From positions 320,001 through 384,000 of the forward strand of contig CAVWWD010000005.1 in the NCBI GenBank assembly GCA_963758635.1: 64,000 bases of DNA. The letters are read 5' to 3'. The notes beneath the pieces are model-generated. The model did no database searches, was not told the DNA's origin, and saw only the letters and a program-made list of their open reading frames with translations. The DNA is from an uncultured Candidatus Rokubacteria bacterium (GTDB lineage: Bacteria > Methylomirabilota > Methylomirabilia > Rokubacteriales > CSP1-6). Below, one piece after another: positions 21,200 through 31,161 of this stretch (position 1 is the first letter of the stretch; each line of letters starts with the position of its first letter). The position numbers and the translations under genes were made by a program.

Positions 21200-22986
21200 G
21201 CGTCGCCCCGGCCACGCTGGATCTCGTGGAGGCGCGCGTAGAGCCCGCCCGCCGCCACCAGCGCGGCGTGGCTGCCGGTCTCCCTGATCTCGCCGTGATG
21301 GAGCACCAGGATGCGGTCCGCGCTCTGCACCGTGGAGAGCCGATGCGCGATCACCAGGCTGGCACGTCCGCGAAGGAGCGCTCTCATCGCCGAGCGGATC
21401 AGGGCCTCGGACTCGGCGTCGACGCTCGACGTGGCCTCGTCCAGGGCGAGAACGCGAGGATTATAGATGAGGGCGCGCGCGATGGCCAGCAGCTGGCGCT
21501 GTCCCTGCGAGAGGTTCGCGCCGCGCTCGCGCACCGGCGCGTCGAGACCGCCGGGCAGCGCGTCGATCACGCTCGTGGCGTGGGCGGCGGCCAGCGCGGC
21601 GGCGAGTCGCCCGGCGTCCTCCGCTTCCGCGCTGATCACGGAGAGGTTGTCGCGCACGCTGCCCGCGAAGAGGAACGGCTCCTGCAGCACGAGGCCCACG
21701 TGCCGGCGCAGCGATTCCAGGTCCCATTCGCGCACGTCGATCCCGTCCACGAGGACCTGGCCCTGCTCCACGTCGAAGGCGCGGATCAGCAGGCGCGCGA
21801 TCGTGGTCTTCCCCTCGCCCGTCGGCCCCACCAGCGCCACGATCTCGCCGGGCTCGATCACGAACGAGCAGTCGCGGAGCACCGGGAGGCCCTCGCGGTA
21901 GCCGAACCGGACGTGGCGGAACTCCACCGCGGGCGTGCCCGGCCGCCGCGCCGCCGGCGCCCGCGCGGGGCCGCCGACGATGATCGGCTCCGTGTCGAGC
22001 AGCCCGAAGATCCGCTCCGCCGACACCATGGCCGCCTGCATGACCGCGTACTTCGCGCCGAGGTCGCGCAGTGGCAGGAAGCACCGCGTGGTGTACTCCA
22101 GGAACGCGGTGAGCGCGCCGAACGTGAGCGCGCCCGTCACCACCTCCCCGCCCCCGTACCACAGGAGCAGCGCGATGGCCGCCGAGCCGATGGCCTCGAC
22201 GCCCGCGTACAGCGCGGACTCGAACCGGGTCGACCGGAACTGCGCGGCGCGGAGGTCCGCGTTGAGCCCGCCGAAGAGCCGCGCCTCCTCCCGCTCGCGG
22301 GCGAAGAGCTGGGTGACGCTGACGCCCTGGAGCGCCTCCTGGAGGAACGCGTTGAGGCGGGCGAGCTGCGTGCGCACGCGGCGGTAGCTCTCGCGCGCGC
22401 GCAGGCGGAAGTACCCCCCGACGAGCAGGAGGAGGGGGATCAGGAGGTACGCCACGAGGGTGAGCTTCCAGCTCATCCAGAGCATGATCGCGGTGATGCC
22501 GAGGAGCGTGACCACGTCGCCCGCCACCACCACCACGCCGCTCACGAACAGCTCGTTGATGGCCTCAACGTCGTTGATCACGCGCGTCATGAGGCGCCCC
22601 ACCGGGTTGCCGTCGAAGAACGCCGCGTCCATGCGCTGGAGGTGGGCGAAGAGCGTCTGGCGGAGGTCGTGGATGACACGCTGGCCGGTGAGCTGCATGA
22701 CGTAGGCCTGGACAGCCCGGAGCGCGTAGAGCGCGACGAGCGTGGCGAGGAACACGGCGGCCAGGCCGCCCAGGCCCGACCAGTCCCGGGTGAGGATGTG
22801 GTCGTCGATGGCGATCTTGATCAGGTAGGGCTGGAGCAGCTCCACCGCGGACACCAGGGGGAAGAGCACGAGCGAGACGATCACGAGCCGGGCGTGCGGA
22901 CGCGTCACTTCCCAGAGCCGCCTCATGAGCCGCGCGTCGTAGGCGCGGCCGAGGACCTCGTCCTCCTCGCGCTCAGGCCTGGGCAA
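21196..22986 (-). CDS. ABC exporter, permease+ATPase (heterodimer subunit)
   Basis: TMD plus GPTGEGKTT, LSQGQRQ, LDEATS, IAHRLST. Confidence 0.9.
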   Translation of the reverse strand: MPRPEREEDEVLGRAYDARLMRRLWEVTRPHARLVIVSLVLFPLVSAVELLQPYLIKIAIDDHILTRDWSGLGGLAAVFLATLVALYALRAVQAYVMQLTGQRVIHDLRQTLFAHLQRMDAAFFDGNPVGRLMTRVINDVEAINELFVSGVVVVAGDVVTLLGITAIMLWMSWKLTLVAYLLIPLLLLVGGYFRLRARESYRRVRTQLARLNAFLQEALQGVSVTQLFAREREEARLFGGLNADLRAAQFRSTRFESALYAGVEAIGSAAIALLLWYGGGEVVTGALTFGALTAFLEYTTRCFLPLRDLGAKYAVMQAAMVSAERIFGLLDTEPIIVGGPARAPAARRPGTPAVEFRHVRFGYREGLPVLRDCSFVIEPGEIVALVGPTGEGKTTIARLLIRAFDVEQGQVLVDGIDVREWDLESLRRHVGLVLQEPFLFAGSVRDNLSVISAEAEDAGRLAAALAAAHATSVIDALPGGLDAPVRERGANLSQGQRQLLAIARALIYNPRVLALDEATSSVDAESEALIRSAMRALLRGRASLVIAHRLSTVQSADRILVLHHGEIRETGSHAALVAAGGLYARLHEIQRGRGDA

Positions 22987-24727
22987 GCTCGTCCTCGAGC
23001 TGCTGGCTCCGCCACAGCCGCGCGTAGACCCCGCCCGCCGCGAGCACGTCGCCGTGCCGCCCCTGCTCCACCACGCGCCCGGCGGCGAGCACGACGACCC
23101 AGTCCGCCTCCTGCGCGGCCCGGAGCCGGTGCGTCATCATGAGCGTGGTTCGCCCCTGCCGCGCCGTGCGCACCGCGTCCAGGATCTCCGCCTCCTTGCC
23201 CGGGTCCACGGAGGCGAAGGGATCGTCGAGCACGAGGAAGGTGGGATCGCTCACGAGCGCGCGGGCAAGGGCGGCGCGCTGGCGCTGGCCGCCCGACAGC
23301 GCGAGACCGCGCTCCCCCACGACGGTGTCCCAGCCCTCGGCGAGGGCGTCGGCCTCCTCGGCGAGCCCGGCGGCGCGCGCGGCCGCCCGCATGCGGTCGT
23401 CGCCCGCGCGGTCGTCGGCGAGCAGCAGGTTGTCGCGGAGCGAGCGCGAGAACAGGAACGGCTCCTGCGGGACGAAGCCCACCGCCCGCCGAAGCGCCCG
23501 GAGGGGGATGTCGCGCACGTCGACGCCGCCGATCAGGATCGCGCCGGGGGGCGGCTCGAAGAGGCGGCAGAGTAGCAGGCCGAGCGTGGACTTGCCGCTG
23601 CCCGTGGGCCCCACCACCGCGACGAGCGCGCCCGGCTCCAGGCGGAACGACACCCCGGCGAGCACGGCAGGCCGCCCGTCGTAGCCGAAGACGAGGTCCC
23701 GGAACTCGATCGCCCCCGCGATCGGCGGCCCGGGGCGGAGGGCCTCGGCCTGCTCCGGCGCCGCCGCGCCGGCCGGCGCGTCGAGGACCTCGCCGATCCG
23801 CGCCATCGAGGCGAAGCCCCGGCGCACGCTCGCGAGCGTCCACCCGAGCGCGATGGTCGGCCACGCCAGGTACGCCACGTACCCGTTGAAGGCCACGAAG
23901 GCGCCCAGCGTGATGCGCCCCTCGACCACCGCGCCGCCGCCCACCCACAGGACGGCGAGGGTCCCCGCGCCGGAGATCAGCCCCATGAGCGGCCACGACG
24001 CGGCCTGGGTGCGCGCGAGCCGGAGGCTCCGCGTGAGGAACTCGCCGTTCAGCGCCCCGAAGGCCGCCGTCTCCCGCCGCTGGAGCGCGTACGCGCGCAC
24101 CACGGCCATGCCGGCCAGGTTCTCCTGCACGCGGGCGGAGAGCGCGCCGAGCTGGTCCTGCACCGCGGAGGACTCGGCCTCCACGAGCTGGCTGAACCGT
24201 TTCGACAGGAGGAGCAGCACCGGGTACGGCGACAGCGCCCACAGCGTGAGCCAGGGATCGATGAGCCACATCGCCACCAGGGCGCCCGCGAAGGACAGCG
24301 TGGTCTGCACGAGCATGACGCTCCCGAAGCCGGCGAGGCTCCGGATGGCCGACACGTCGTTCGACGCGCGCGACATCAGGTCGCCCGTGCGCTGGCCCTG
24401 GTAGAAGGCGGGCGGCAGCCGCTGGAGGTGCTCGAAGAGATCCTGCCGGAGATCGTGCTCCACCCACTGCGCGGCGCCGATGATGGCGAACCGCGAGCCC
24501 AGCCGCGCCACGCCGTGGGCGAGGGCGAGCGTGACGATCACCGCCGCGTACGCGGCGAGCCCGTGGGGCGGCGCGGGCGCGGCGATGGCGTCGATCGCGC
24601 TCTTGACCGTCCACGGGATCCCGAGCGAGAAGGCGGTGGCGCCCGCGACGCACACCGCGCCCGTGATGTAGCGGTGACGGTAGCGCGCGAGATACCGGCC
24701 GAGCCGGCGAGCGGGGGACACGGTCAC
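22973..24727 (-). CDS. ABC exporter, permease+ATPase (degenerate-site subunit)
   Basis: TGDLMSR, GPTGSGKST, LSGGQRQR, LDDPFASVD; start approximate. Confidence 0.88.
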   Translation of the reverse strand: MTVSPARRLGRYLARYRHRYITGAVCVAGATAFSLGIPWTVKSAIDAIAAPAPPHGLAAYAAVIVTLALAHGVARLGSRFAIIGAAQWVEHDLRQDLFEHLQRLPPAFYQGQRTGDLMSRASNDVSAIRSLAGFGSVMLVQTTLSFAGALVAMWLIDPWLTLWALSPYPVLLLLSKRFSQLVEAESSAVQDQLGALSARVQENLAGMAVVRAYALQRRETAAFGALNGEFLTRSLRLARTQAASWPLMGLISGAGTLAVLWVGGGAVVEGRITLGAFVAFNGYVAYLAWPTIALGWTLASVRRGFASMARIGEVLDAPAGAAAPEQAEALRPGPPIAGAIEFRDLVFGYDGRPAVLAGVSFRLEPGALVAVVGPTGSGKSTLGLLLCRLFEPPPGAILIGGVDVRDIPLRALRRAVGFVPQEPFLFSRSLRDNLLLADDRAGDDRMRAAARAAGLAEEADALAEGWDTVVGERGLALSGGQRQRAALARALVSDPTFLVLDDPFASVDPGKEAEILDAVRTARQGRTTLMMTHRLRAAQEADWVVVLAAGRVVEQGRHGDVLAAGGVYARLWRSQQLEDELAQA

Positions 24728-24771
24728 CAGTATACGAGGCGCGCAGCGCGCGAGGACGGGCGCGCGAGCGC

Positions 24772-25776
24772 TCAGAGCCACCCCGCGCGGCGAAACCGCG
24801 CGTACAGGTAGCCGCACGCGCCGACCATGACGGCGACCGCGAACGGGTAGCCCAGCCACCAGTCCAGCTCGGGCATCACCTTGAAGTTCATGCCGTAGAC
24901 GCCGGCGATCATGGTGGGCACGGCGATGATGGCGGCCCACGCGGCCAGCTTCTTCATCGACTCGTTCTGCGTGACCGAGATGACCGACAGGTGGGCCTCG
25001 AGGGCAGAGGTCGTGAGCTCGCGGAGGGTGTCGACCATCTCGTTGAGGCGCACGGCGTGGTCGTACACGTCGCGGATGTACGGGCGCGTGTCCTCGGGGA
25101 TCAGGGGCAGGTCGAAGCGCATGAGCCGGTTGAAGATGTCCACGAGCGGCGAGACCGCGCGCTTGAGCACCAGGAGGTCGCGCTTCAGCCGGTAGATGCG
25201 CTCGGCGGGCTCGCGGCTCAGGGTCTCCTGGAAGATGTCGTCCTCGAGCTCGCCGAGCTGCTCCTCGAGCCCGTCCACGACGGGGAAGTACTGGTCGACG
25301 ATGAAGTCGGTGATGGCGTAGAGCACGAAGCCGGGTCCCTTGGCGAGCAGGTCGGGCACGGCCTCCGCCCGCGCCCGCACCTCCGCGTAGGAGAGCGAGG
25401 CCCCATGGCGCACCGACACCACGAAGCGCGGCCCCACGAACAGGTGGGTCTCTCCCATCTCGATCCGCCGCGAGTCGCGCCCGAGCTGCGCGGTGCGGAG
25501 CGCGATGAACATCGTCTCGCCGTACTGCTCGATCTTGGGGCGCTGGTGGGCGCGGAGCGCGTCCTCGATGGCGAGGTCGTGGAGGCCGAACTCCTCCTGC
25601 ACCTCGCGCAGGAGCTTCTCGTCCGGCTCGTGCAGGCCGAGCCACACGAAGTGGCCGGGCTGCTCGAGCGCGTCGCTGATGGCGGGGATGGCGACGTCGG
25701 CCACGCGGCGGCCGCCCGCGTAGACGACGCAGTTCACCACGCCCGTCGGCTCGTCGGGAGATCGGGGATGGGCCAT
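24772..25776 (-). CDS. corA: Magnesium/cobalt transporter CorA
   Basis: HQRPKIE, YGMNF signature, two C-terminal TMs. Confidence 0.92.
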   Translation of the reverse strand: MAHPRSPDEPTGVVNCVVYAGGRRVADVAIPAISDALEQPGHFVWLGLHEPDEKLLREVQEEFGLHDLAIEDALRAHQRPKIEQYGETMFIALRTAQLGRDSRRIEMGETHLFVGPRFVVSVRHGASLSYAEVRARAEAVPDLLAKGPGFVLYAITDFIVDQYFPVVDGLEEQLGELEDDIFQETLSREPAERIYRLKRDLLVLKRAVSPLVDIFNRLMRFDLPLIPEDTRPYIRDVYDHAVRLNEMVDTLRELTTSALEAHLSVISVTQNESMKKLAAWAAIIAVPTMIAGVYGMNFKVMPELDWWLGYPFAVAVMVGACGYLYARFRRAGWL

Positions 25777-25865
25777 CGTTCGCTCCTGCCGCCGTCGGCG
25801 GCGCCTCACTCTGGCGGCACCCCGCGGTGGTTGTCAAGGAAGCGCTGTGCTACGCTCGGCGGCCG

Positions 25866-26660
25866 ATGGCTCCCGACGCGCGCGAGGTCGCGGTGGCGGC
25901 GGCGCGCCGGGCCGGCGCCCTCCTCGTCGGCCAGCTCGGCGGGCCGCGCCACGTGGAGTTCAAGACGGGCCCCACCAACCTCGTCACCGACATGGACCGG
26001 CGGGCCGAGGCCGCGGTGGTCGAGACGCTGCGCGCCCACTACCCCGGCGACGCGGTGCTGAGCGAGGAGGCCGGCCACCTCGCGGGGTCCGCGGGCCGCC
26101 GCTGGATCGTCGATCCGCTCGACGGCACCACCAACTACGCCAGCGGCATCCCGGTCTTCGCGGTGTCGATCGCGCTCGAGGTCGACGGCCGGACCGTGCT
26201 CGGCGTCGTCCACGACCCCACGCGCGACGAGTGCTTCGTGGCCGAGCGCGGCCGGGGCGCCCACCTCGGCGGCCGGCCGCTCCGCGTCTCGGACACGGGC
26301 AGGCTCGAGGCGAGCGTCCTCGCCACCGGCTTTGCGTACACCATCCGACAGGATCGTGACACCAACCTGCCCGAGCACGACCTCCTGTCGCTGCGCGGCC
26401 GGGCCGTGCGCGCCATCGGCTCCGCCGCGCTCAGCCTCGCGTGGGTCGCCGCCGGCCGCCTCGACGGCTTCTGGGAGCTCGTGCTCGGCGCCTGGGACGT
26501 GGCCGCGGGCGCGCTCCTGGTCGAGGAGGCCGGAGGCCGCGTGACCGACCGCGGCGGCGGCGCCCTCGATCCCGACGCCCCCGCCCCCGTGGCCTCGAAC
26601 GGCCGCATCCACGACGAGATGCTGGCGGCGCTGGCCGAGGCCCGCCGGGCCGCGCGGTAG
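25866..26660 (+). CDS. suhB: Inositol monophosphatase family protein
   Basis: SEE, WIVDPLDGTTNY, GSAAL, WDVAAG. Confidence 0.9.
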   Translation: MAPDAREVAVAAARRAGALLVGQLGGPRHVEFKTGPTNLVTDMDRRAEAAVVETLRAHYPGDAVLSEEAGHLAGSAGRRWIVDPLDGTTNYASGIPVFAVSIALEVDGRTVLGVVHDPTRDECFVAERGRGAHLGGRPLRVSDTGRLEASVLATGFAYTIRQDRDTNLPEHDLLSLRGRAVRAIGSAALSLAWVAAGRLDGFWELVLGAWDVAAGALLVEEAGGRVTDRGGGALDPDAPAPVASNGRIHDEMLAALAEARRAAR

Positions 26661-26675
26661 GGGCGGAGCGCGGCC

Positions 26676-27758
26676 ATGTCCGCGGACGCGCACGGCCCCG
26701 GGATCGAGGACGTCCGCGAGAGCGACCAGCTCGACTGGCCGCGGATCGACGCGTACCTCCGCGAGCGGCTCCCCGAGCTCGCGTCCGCCCCCGCCCTGGG
26801 TGCGCGGCAGTTCACCAACGGCGCCGCGAACCTCACCTACCTGCTCCGCTTCGGCGACCGCGAGCTGGTGCTGCGGCGGCCGCCTTTCGGCGCCATCGCC
26901 CCGGGCGCGCACGACATGCGCCGCGAGTGGCGCGTGCTCTCGCGGCTCTGGCGGCACTTCGATCGGGCCCCGCGCGCCTACGTCTTCTGCGACGACCCCG
27001 CGGTGGCGGGCGCGGACTTCTTCGTGATGGAGCGGCGCGCCGGCGAGGTCATCCGCGGCGCCATGCCCGCCTCCATGGAAACCCACGCGCAGGTCGGCCG
27101 CCGGGTGGGGCTGGCCGTGGTCGACGCGATGGCCGAGCTGCACGGCCTGGATCCGACCGCCGCGGAGATGGCGGACCTCGGCAAGCCCGAGGGCTTCGTG
27201 GCTCGCCAGGTCGCGGGCTGGCGGAGGCGCTGGGAGCTGGCGGAGGGACTGTCCGACCCTCGCGTGCGCGGCCCCATGGCGCGCGTGAGCGAGCGCCTCG
27301 AGCGCTCGCTGCCCGCGGCGCCGCGCGTGTCGATCGTCCACAACGATCTCAAGCTCGACAACTGCGCCTTCGACCCCGGCGACCCGGACCGGGTCCGCTC
27401 GGTCTTCGACTGGGACATGACGACGCTGGGCGATCCGCTGGTGGACCTGGGCACGCTCCTCAACTACTGGCCGGACCCGTCCGATCCGCCGGCCGTGCGA
27501 CGGGCCAGCCACGACGGGATGCGCGCCATGGGGCTGCCGGCGCGGGCGGAGGTCGTCGCCCGCTACGCTACGCTGACCGGCCTCGATCCCTCGCGCGTGC
27601 GCTGGTACGAGGCGTTCGCGCAGTGGAAGACCGCGGTGGTCGTCCAGCAGCTCCACAACCGCTGGCGGCAGGGCGCCTCCGCCGATCCCCGCCACGAGCA
27701 CATCGCCGACTCCGTCCCCGCGCTGGTGAGCGCGGCGGAGCGGCTCCTGGACGGCTAG
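26676..27758 (+). CDS. APH-like phosphotransferase family protein
   Basis: NLTYLL, LRRPP, AHDMRRE, HNDLKLDN, FDWDMTTLGDPL.DLG. Confidence 0.88.
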   Translation: MSADAHGPGIEDVRESDQLDWPRIDAYLRERLPELASAPALGARQFTNGAANLTYLLRFGDRELVLRRPPFGAIAPGAHDMRREWRVLSRLWRHFDRAPRAYVFCDDPAVAGADFFVMERRAGEVIRGAMPASMETHAQVGRRVGLAVVDAMAELHGLDPTAAEMADLGKPEGFVARQVAGWRRRWELAEGLSDPRVRGPMARVSERLERSLPAAPRVSIVHNDLKLDNCAFDPGDPDRVRSVFDWDMTTLGDPLVDLGTLLNYWPDPSDPPAVRRASHDGMRAMGLPARAEVVARYATLTGLDPSRVRWYEAFAQWKTAVVVQQLHNRWRQGASADPRHEHIADSVPALVSAAERLLDG

Positions 27759-27840
27759 TGAGCCTCGCGCATCAGACTAATGCCGAGCGGTAGGACTGTA
27801 GAGGCCCGTGGCGGTTAGCGCATTCTGCGAGGGTCACTAG
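27755..27840 (-). mobile_element. Solo family-1 MITE-like element with CTAG at both ends
   Basis: CTAGTGAGCCTCGC ... GCGAGGGTCACTAG (14-bp inverted ends, 1 mismatch); each CTAG carries the TAG stop of a flanking convergent gene. Confidence 0.9.
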
Positions 27841-28328
27841 GGCGCCGGGCGCGACGAGCGGGGACGGTCCACGGCGGGGATCGGCCGGCGCAGGCCGGGC
27901 AGGACGAGATCGGTCGTGCCGGTCTCCGGGTCGTGCTCGACGTGCTGCAACAGCTCCCACGCCGCGCCCCGGCTGAAGCGCGCCTCGAAGCGGCCATCCA
28001 GCACCCGGCAGTACGGGATGTCCCCCGGGCCGAAGGCCAGCGTGTCCAGGTCGAGCGGCTCCCGCGAGAGGTCGTTCAGGATCACCGTCGCGGCCGCGTC
28101 GGCCATCTCCACCCGCACCACCACGTACGGCGTGTCGGCCAGCTCGACCGGCACGCGGACCGGGCCGACCTGCAGGTACGCGCCCGCGTCGTCCTGGCGG
28201 AGGTTCGAGCGGAGGTTCGCGAGGATCCCGGGGTGCGTCACCTCCACGCCTTCGGCGAGCCAGGCCCCGTCGGCGTCGATGGCCAGGCGCGGCAGCGTCC
28301 AGGTGGACGGATCGGAGGGCGCGGTCAC
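27837..28328 (-). CDS. DUF1285-like protein
   Basis: LAIDADGAW..EG.EVTHPG, VPVELADTPYVV, EARFSR; GTGA overlap with amrB. Confidence 0.7.
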   Translation of the reverse strand: MTAPSDPSTWTLPRLAIDADGAWLAEGVEVTHPGILANLRSNLRQDDAGAYLQVGPVRVPVELADTPYVVVRVEMADAAATVILNDLSREPLDLDTLAFGPGDIPYCRVLDGRFEARFSRGAAWELLQHVEHDPETGTTDLVLPGLRRPIPAVDRPRSSRPAP

Positions 28329-29563
28329 GGGAACGCCGCGGCGCAGAACGTGACCGCGCCCTCGGGATCGGGCCACTGGCTGTAGCGCAGGAGGCGGCCC
28401 CGCACGCCGGGCAGCGCGCGGAGGAACGTGTAGAGCGGCGACAGCCCACAGATGCGCCGCGCGTCGCCGTCCGCGGCCACCCCCGTGTAGAACGCGGTGA
28501 CGTCGCCATCCATCACGGAGTCGAGCATCGACCGATCGGCGGCCTCGACGGCCCGGAGCCCGCCGGCGCTGTTCGGCTCGCGGTCGCCGAAGCGTGGGCC
28601 CACGTGCGCGAGGTCCACGCCGGCGACGAGGCAGATCCGGCGCGGCGAGGCCGCCATCGTCTCGAGCAGCGCGTCCACGAAACGCGGCACCCGGCGGTCG
28701 GCCTCGGGATCGCGTCCGGTCCACACCGCCTCGTGGAGGAACGAGGCGAGGACCGGCACGATCGTGAACGGCCGCTGCGTCCCGTAGAGATGCTGGAGCA
28801 TCACGGCCTGGAACTCGATCGAGTGCTCGGCGCGGTGCGCGCCCTCGGACGCGAGGAGATCGCCCCGGAAGCGCCGGCCCAGGTCCTCCACGAACGGGTG
28901 GTCCACCGCCACCGGCCCTAGCGGCGTGTCGTAGCTCTTGAGCGTGACGGCAAAGGGATCGGCCATGCCCGCGTGGCAGGTGCCGAGGATCACGAAGAGG
29001 TCGGGGGCCTCGGCGGCGTCCGTCAGCGGGCGATAGGCCCACGCGTAGGTCGGCCCCCCGCGATGGAAGTCGATGTGCGGCGCGACGAGACCGCGGGGCG
29101 CGAGCGCCCCGGACGGTCGTCCCGGCCCCGGGCCGTCGGCATGCGCGAAGAACCCGTCGATCTGGGCGGCGAGGCCCTGGGGGTCCCCGGCGTAGGCGCC
29201 GCCCGCGTGCGCGGCCGGCCGCACCCGGCTCCGCCTGAAGGTCTCCTCGATGGCCTGCCGCCGGCGGTCAAAGGCGCTGCTGTCCAGGAAGCCGCCCGCG
29301 TCGAGCCGGTCGACGATGCCGGCGATCTGGTCGGCGCTCGGCGCCTGCCCGCGACGCCGCTCGAGCAAGGACTGGATCTCGGGCACGGAGTGCTCGCCGT
29401 CGAACAGCGAGACGAGGTCGAGCAGCGGGATCGGTAGGAGGACGACCTCCTCGGTGAAGCCGGCGGGATCGCGGAGGCCGATCATCCGCTGGCCTTCGTG
29501 CTCAACGGGGAAGGCCTCCAGGGAGCGGAGGCGTGGACGCTCGCCGGTGTCCCTCTCCGGCAC
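28325..29563 (-). CDS. amrB: AmmeMemoRadiSam system protein B (MEMO1 family) with N-terminal extension
   Basis: HAGGAY, APHID, EHSIEFQ, DLAHVG, ICG. Confidence 0.85.
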   Translation of the reverse strand: MPERDTGERPRLRSLEAFPVEHEGQRMIGLRDPAGFTEEVVLLPIPLLDLVSLFDGEHSVPEIQSLLERRRGQAPSADQIAGIVDRLDAGGFLDSSAFDRRRQAIEETFRRSRVRPAAHAGGAYAGDPQGLAAQIDGFFAHADGPGPGRPSGALAPRGLVAPHIDFHRGGPTYAWAYRPLTDAAEAPDLFVILGTCHAGMADPFAVTLKSYDTPLGPVAVDHPFVEDLGRRFRGDLLASEGAHRAEHSIEFQAVMLQHLYGTQRPFTIVPVLASFLHEAVWTGRDPEADRRVPRFVDALLETMAASPRRICLVAGVDLAHVGPRFGDREPNSAGGLRAVEAADRSMLDSVMDGDVTAFYTGVAADGDARRICGLSPLYTFLRALPGVRGRLLRYSQWPDPEGAVTFCAAAFP

Positions 29564-29576
29564 CTAGGTCTCCGGG

Positions 29577-30818
29577 TCAGCTCACCGCGGCATGGAGGTA
29601 GTTCAGAGCCGACGCGGCGTAAATACGCGCCGCATCGACGAGCTGGGCCACCTCGACGTACTCGTCGACCTGGTGCGGGATGAGGCGGTTGCCCGGCCCG
29701 CAGGTGACGATGGGAAGCCCCAGCTCCGTCACCAGAATTGTGCCGTCCGTGGAGCCCGGCACGCCGCCGTAGCGCGGCGCTCGGCCGGTGGCCGCCTTCA
29801 CGCCGGAGACCATCGCGCGGACGATCGGCTCCGACCGGTCGACCCGGGTCGGCAGCCGGAACGGGTTCACGGGCTCCCACTCGACCTTCACGCCGGGGCA
29901 GCGGGCCTCACCGGCCCGACAGAGGGCCTCCAGCTCCTCCCGGAGCCCGTCGCCGTCGATGCCGGGCGTGACCCTCACGTCGAGCGTCATTTCCGCCACC
30001 GCGGGAATGACGTTCGATTGCGCCACGCCCACGCCCGGCGGCGGCGCCTGGGCGATCGTCGGCGTGACCGTCGGGGGTCTCAGGTAGCGGCTCCGCTCGC
30101 AGCGGCGGCGCAGACGCCGCTCCAGGCCGGGCGCCTCCCGCAGCATCACGCCCAGGCACGCGATCGGGTTGAGGCCGGCCTCGGGCATGGCGCCGTGAGC
30201 CATCTTGCCGCGCGCGCGCACGCGCGCCCACACGACGCCCCGCTGCTCCAGGCAGATCTCGTTGTCCTCGGGCTCGCAGATGATGGCGGCGTCCAGCTCG
30301 CGGCCCACCGGCGTGGCCGCGAAGTGGCGGACGCCGATCATGCGGTCCTCCTCGTCCACGAGCGCACCCACCACCAGCTTGCCCCGTGGGTCGATCCCGG
30401 CGCGGCGGAACGCGGCGGCGGCCACCATCGCCGCGGCAAGGCCGCCCTTCATGTCCGCGGCCCCGCGCCCATGGACGCGGCCGTCGATCAGCTCGCCGCC
30501 GAACGGCGCGCGCGACCAGTGGGCGGGATCGCCCTCGGTGACGACGTCGGTGTGGCCCTCGAGGAGGAGGCTCTTCCGGCCGGACGTCTTCTCGCCGAGA
30601 CTGCCGATGACGTTCGGGCGTCCGGGCACGACCGGCTGCACCTCCACCGCGAACCCCTCGCGCCGGAGCCAGTCCTCCACGAAGGCGGCCACGCGCGACT
30701 CGTTCGCCGCGGGGTCGGCGGGGCGGTAGACGCTCGGGATGCGGACGAGGGCGCGCGTGAGCTCGACGACCTCGTCGGGATCGATGGCGGCGAGCAGCTT
30801 GGCGAGCGCCGGCTTCAT
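29577..30818 (-). CDS. M20 family metallopeptidase (ArgE/DapE-like)
   Basis: GHTDVV, GRGAADMKGG, DEE, CEP, HQVDE. Confidence 0.9.
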   Translation of the reverse strand: MKPALAKLLAAIDPDEVVELTRALVRIPSVYRPADPAANESRVAAFVEDWLRREGFAVEVQPVVPGRPNVIGSLGEKTSGRKSLLLEGHTDVVTEGDPAHWSRAPFGGELIDGRVHGRGAADMKGGLAAAMVAAAAFRRAGIDPRGKLVVGALVDEEDRMIGVRHFAATPVGRELDAAIICEPEDNEICLEQRGVVWARVRARGKMAHGAMPEAGLNPIACLGVMLREAPGLERRLRRRCERSRYLRPPTVTPTIAQAPPPGVGVAQSNVIPAVAEMTLDVRVTPGIDGDGLREELEALCRAGEARCPGVKVEWEPVNPFRLPTRVDRSEPIVRAMVSGVKAATGRAPRYGGVPGSTDGTILVTELGLPIVTCGPGNRLIPHQVDEYVEVAQLVDAARIYAASALNYLHAAVS

Positions 30819-30858
30819 CGAGAAGCCCTCGGCGCGGCGGCGGCCAATGGCGGAGGCG

Positions 30859-31161
30859 TCACTCCAGGGGGAACGACAGGATGACGGCGTCGAGGCGGAT
30901 GACCCGATGCTCCTCGCCGGCGATGTAGAAGTAGTGCCCTTCCACTTCCTCGGGATTCTCCTCGAAGGCCACGACGGAGCGCAGCGGCGGCATCTCGCGG
31001 AAGGCGTTGGCGCCCTCGTCGAACCCGTCGCCGCGTCCCACCACCTCGCCGTAGCGGATCGGCGAGCCCTTGGGACAGTGCACGCGAACGTCGGCCGGGG
31101 CCTCGGCGAGGAGCCGGACGAGAAGGTTGATGCCGTAGACCTGGAACTGAATGTCAGTCAT
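30859..31161 (-). CDS. Divergent GroES/Cpn10-like protein
   Basis: Manual match: FQVYGINLLVR~IKPLGDRVLVK; YGEVVGRGDG~RGEVVAVGPG; IAGEEHRVIRLDAVI~IDGEEYLIMRESDIL; 100 aa. Confidence 0.55.
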   Translation of the reverse strand: MTDIQFQVYGINLLVRLLAEAPADVRVHCPKGSPIRYGEVVGRGDGFDEGANAFREMPPLRSVVAFEENPEEVEGHYFYIAGEEHRVIRLDAVILSFPLE

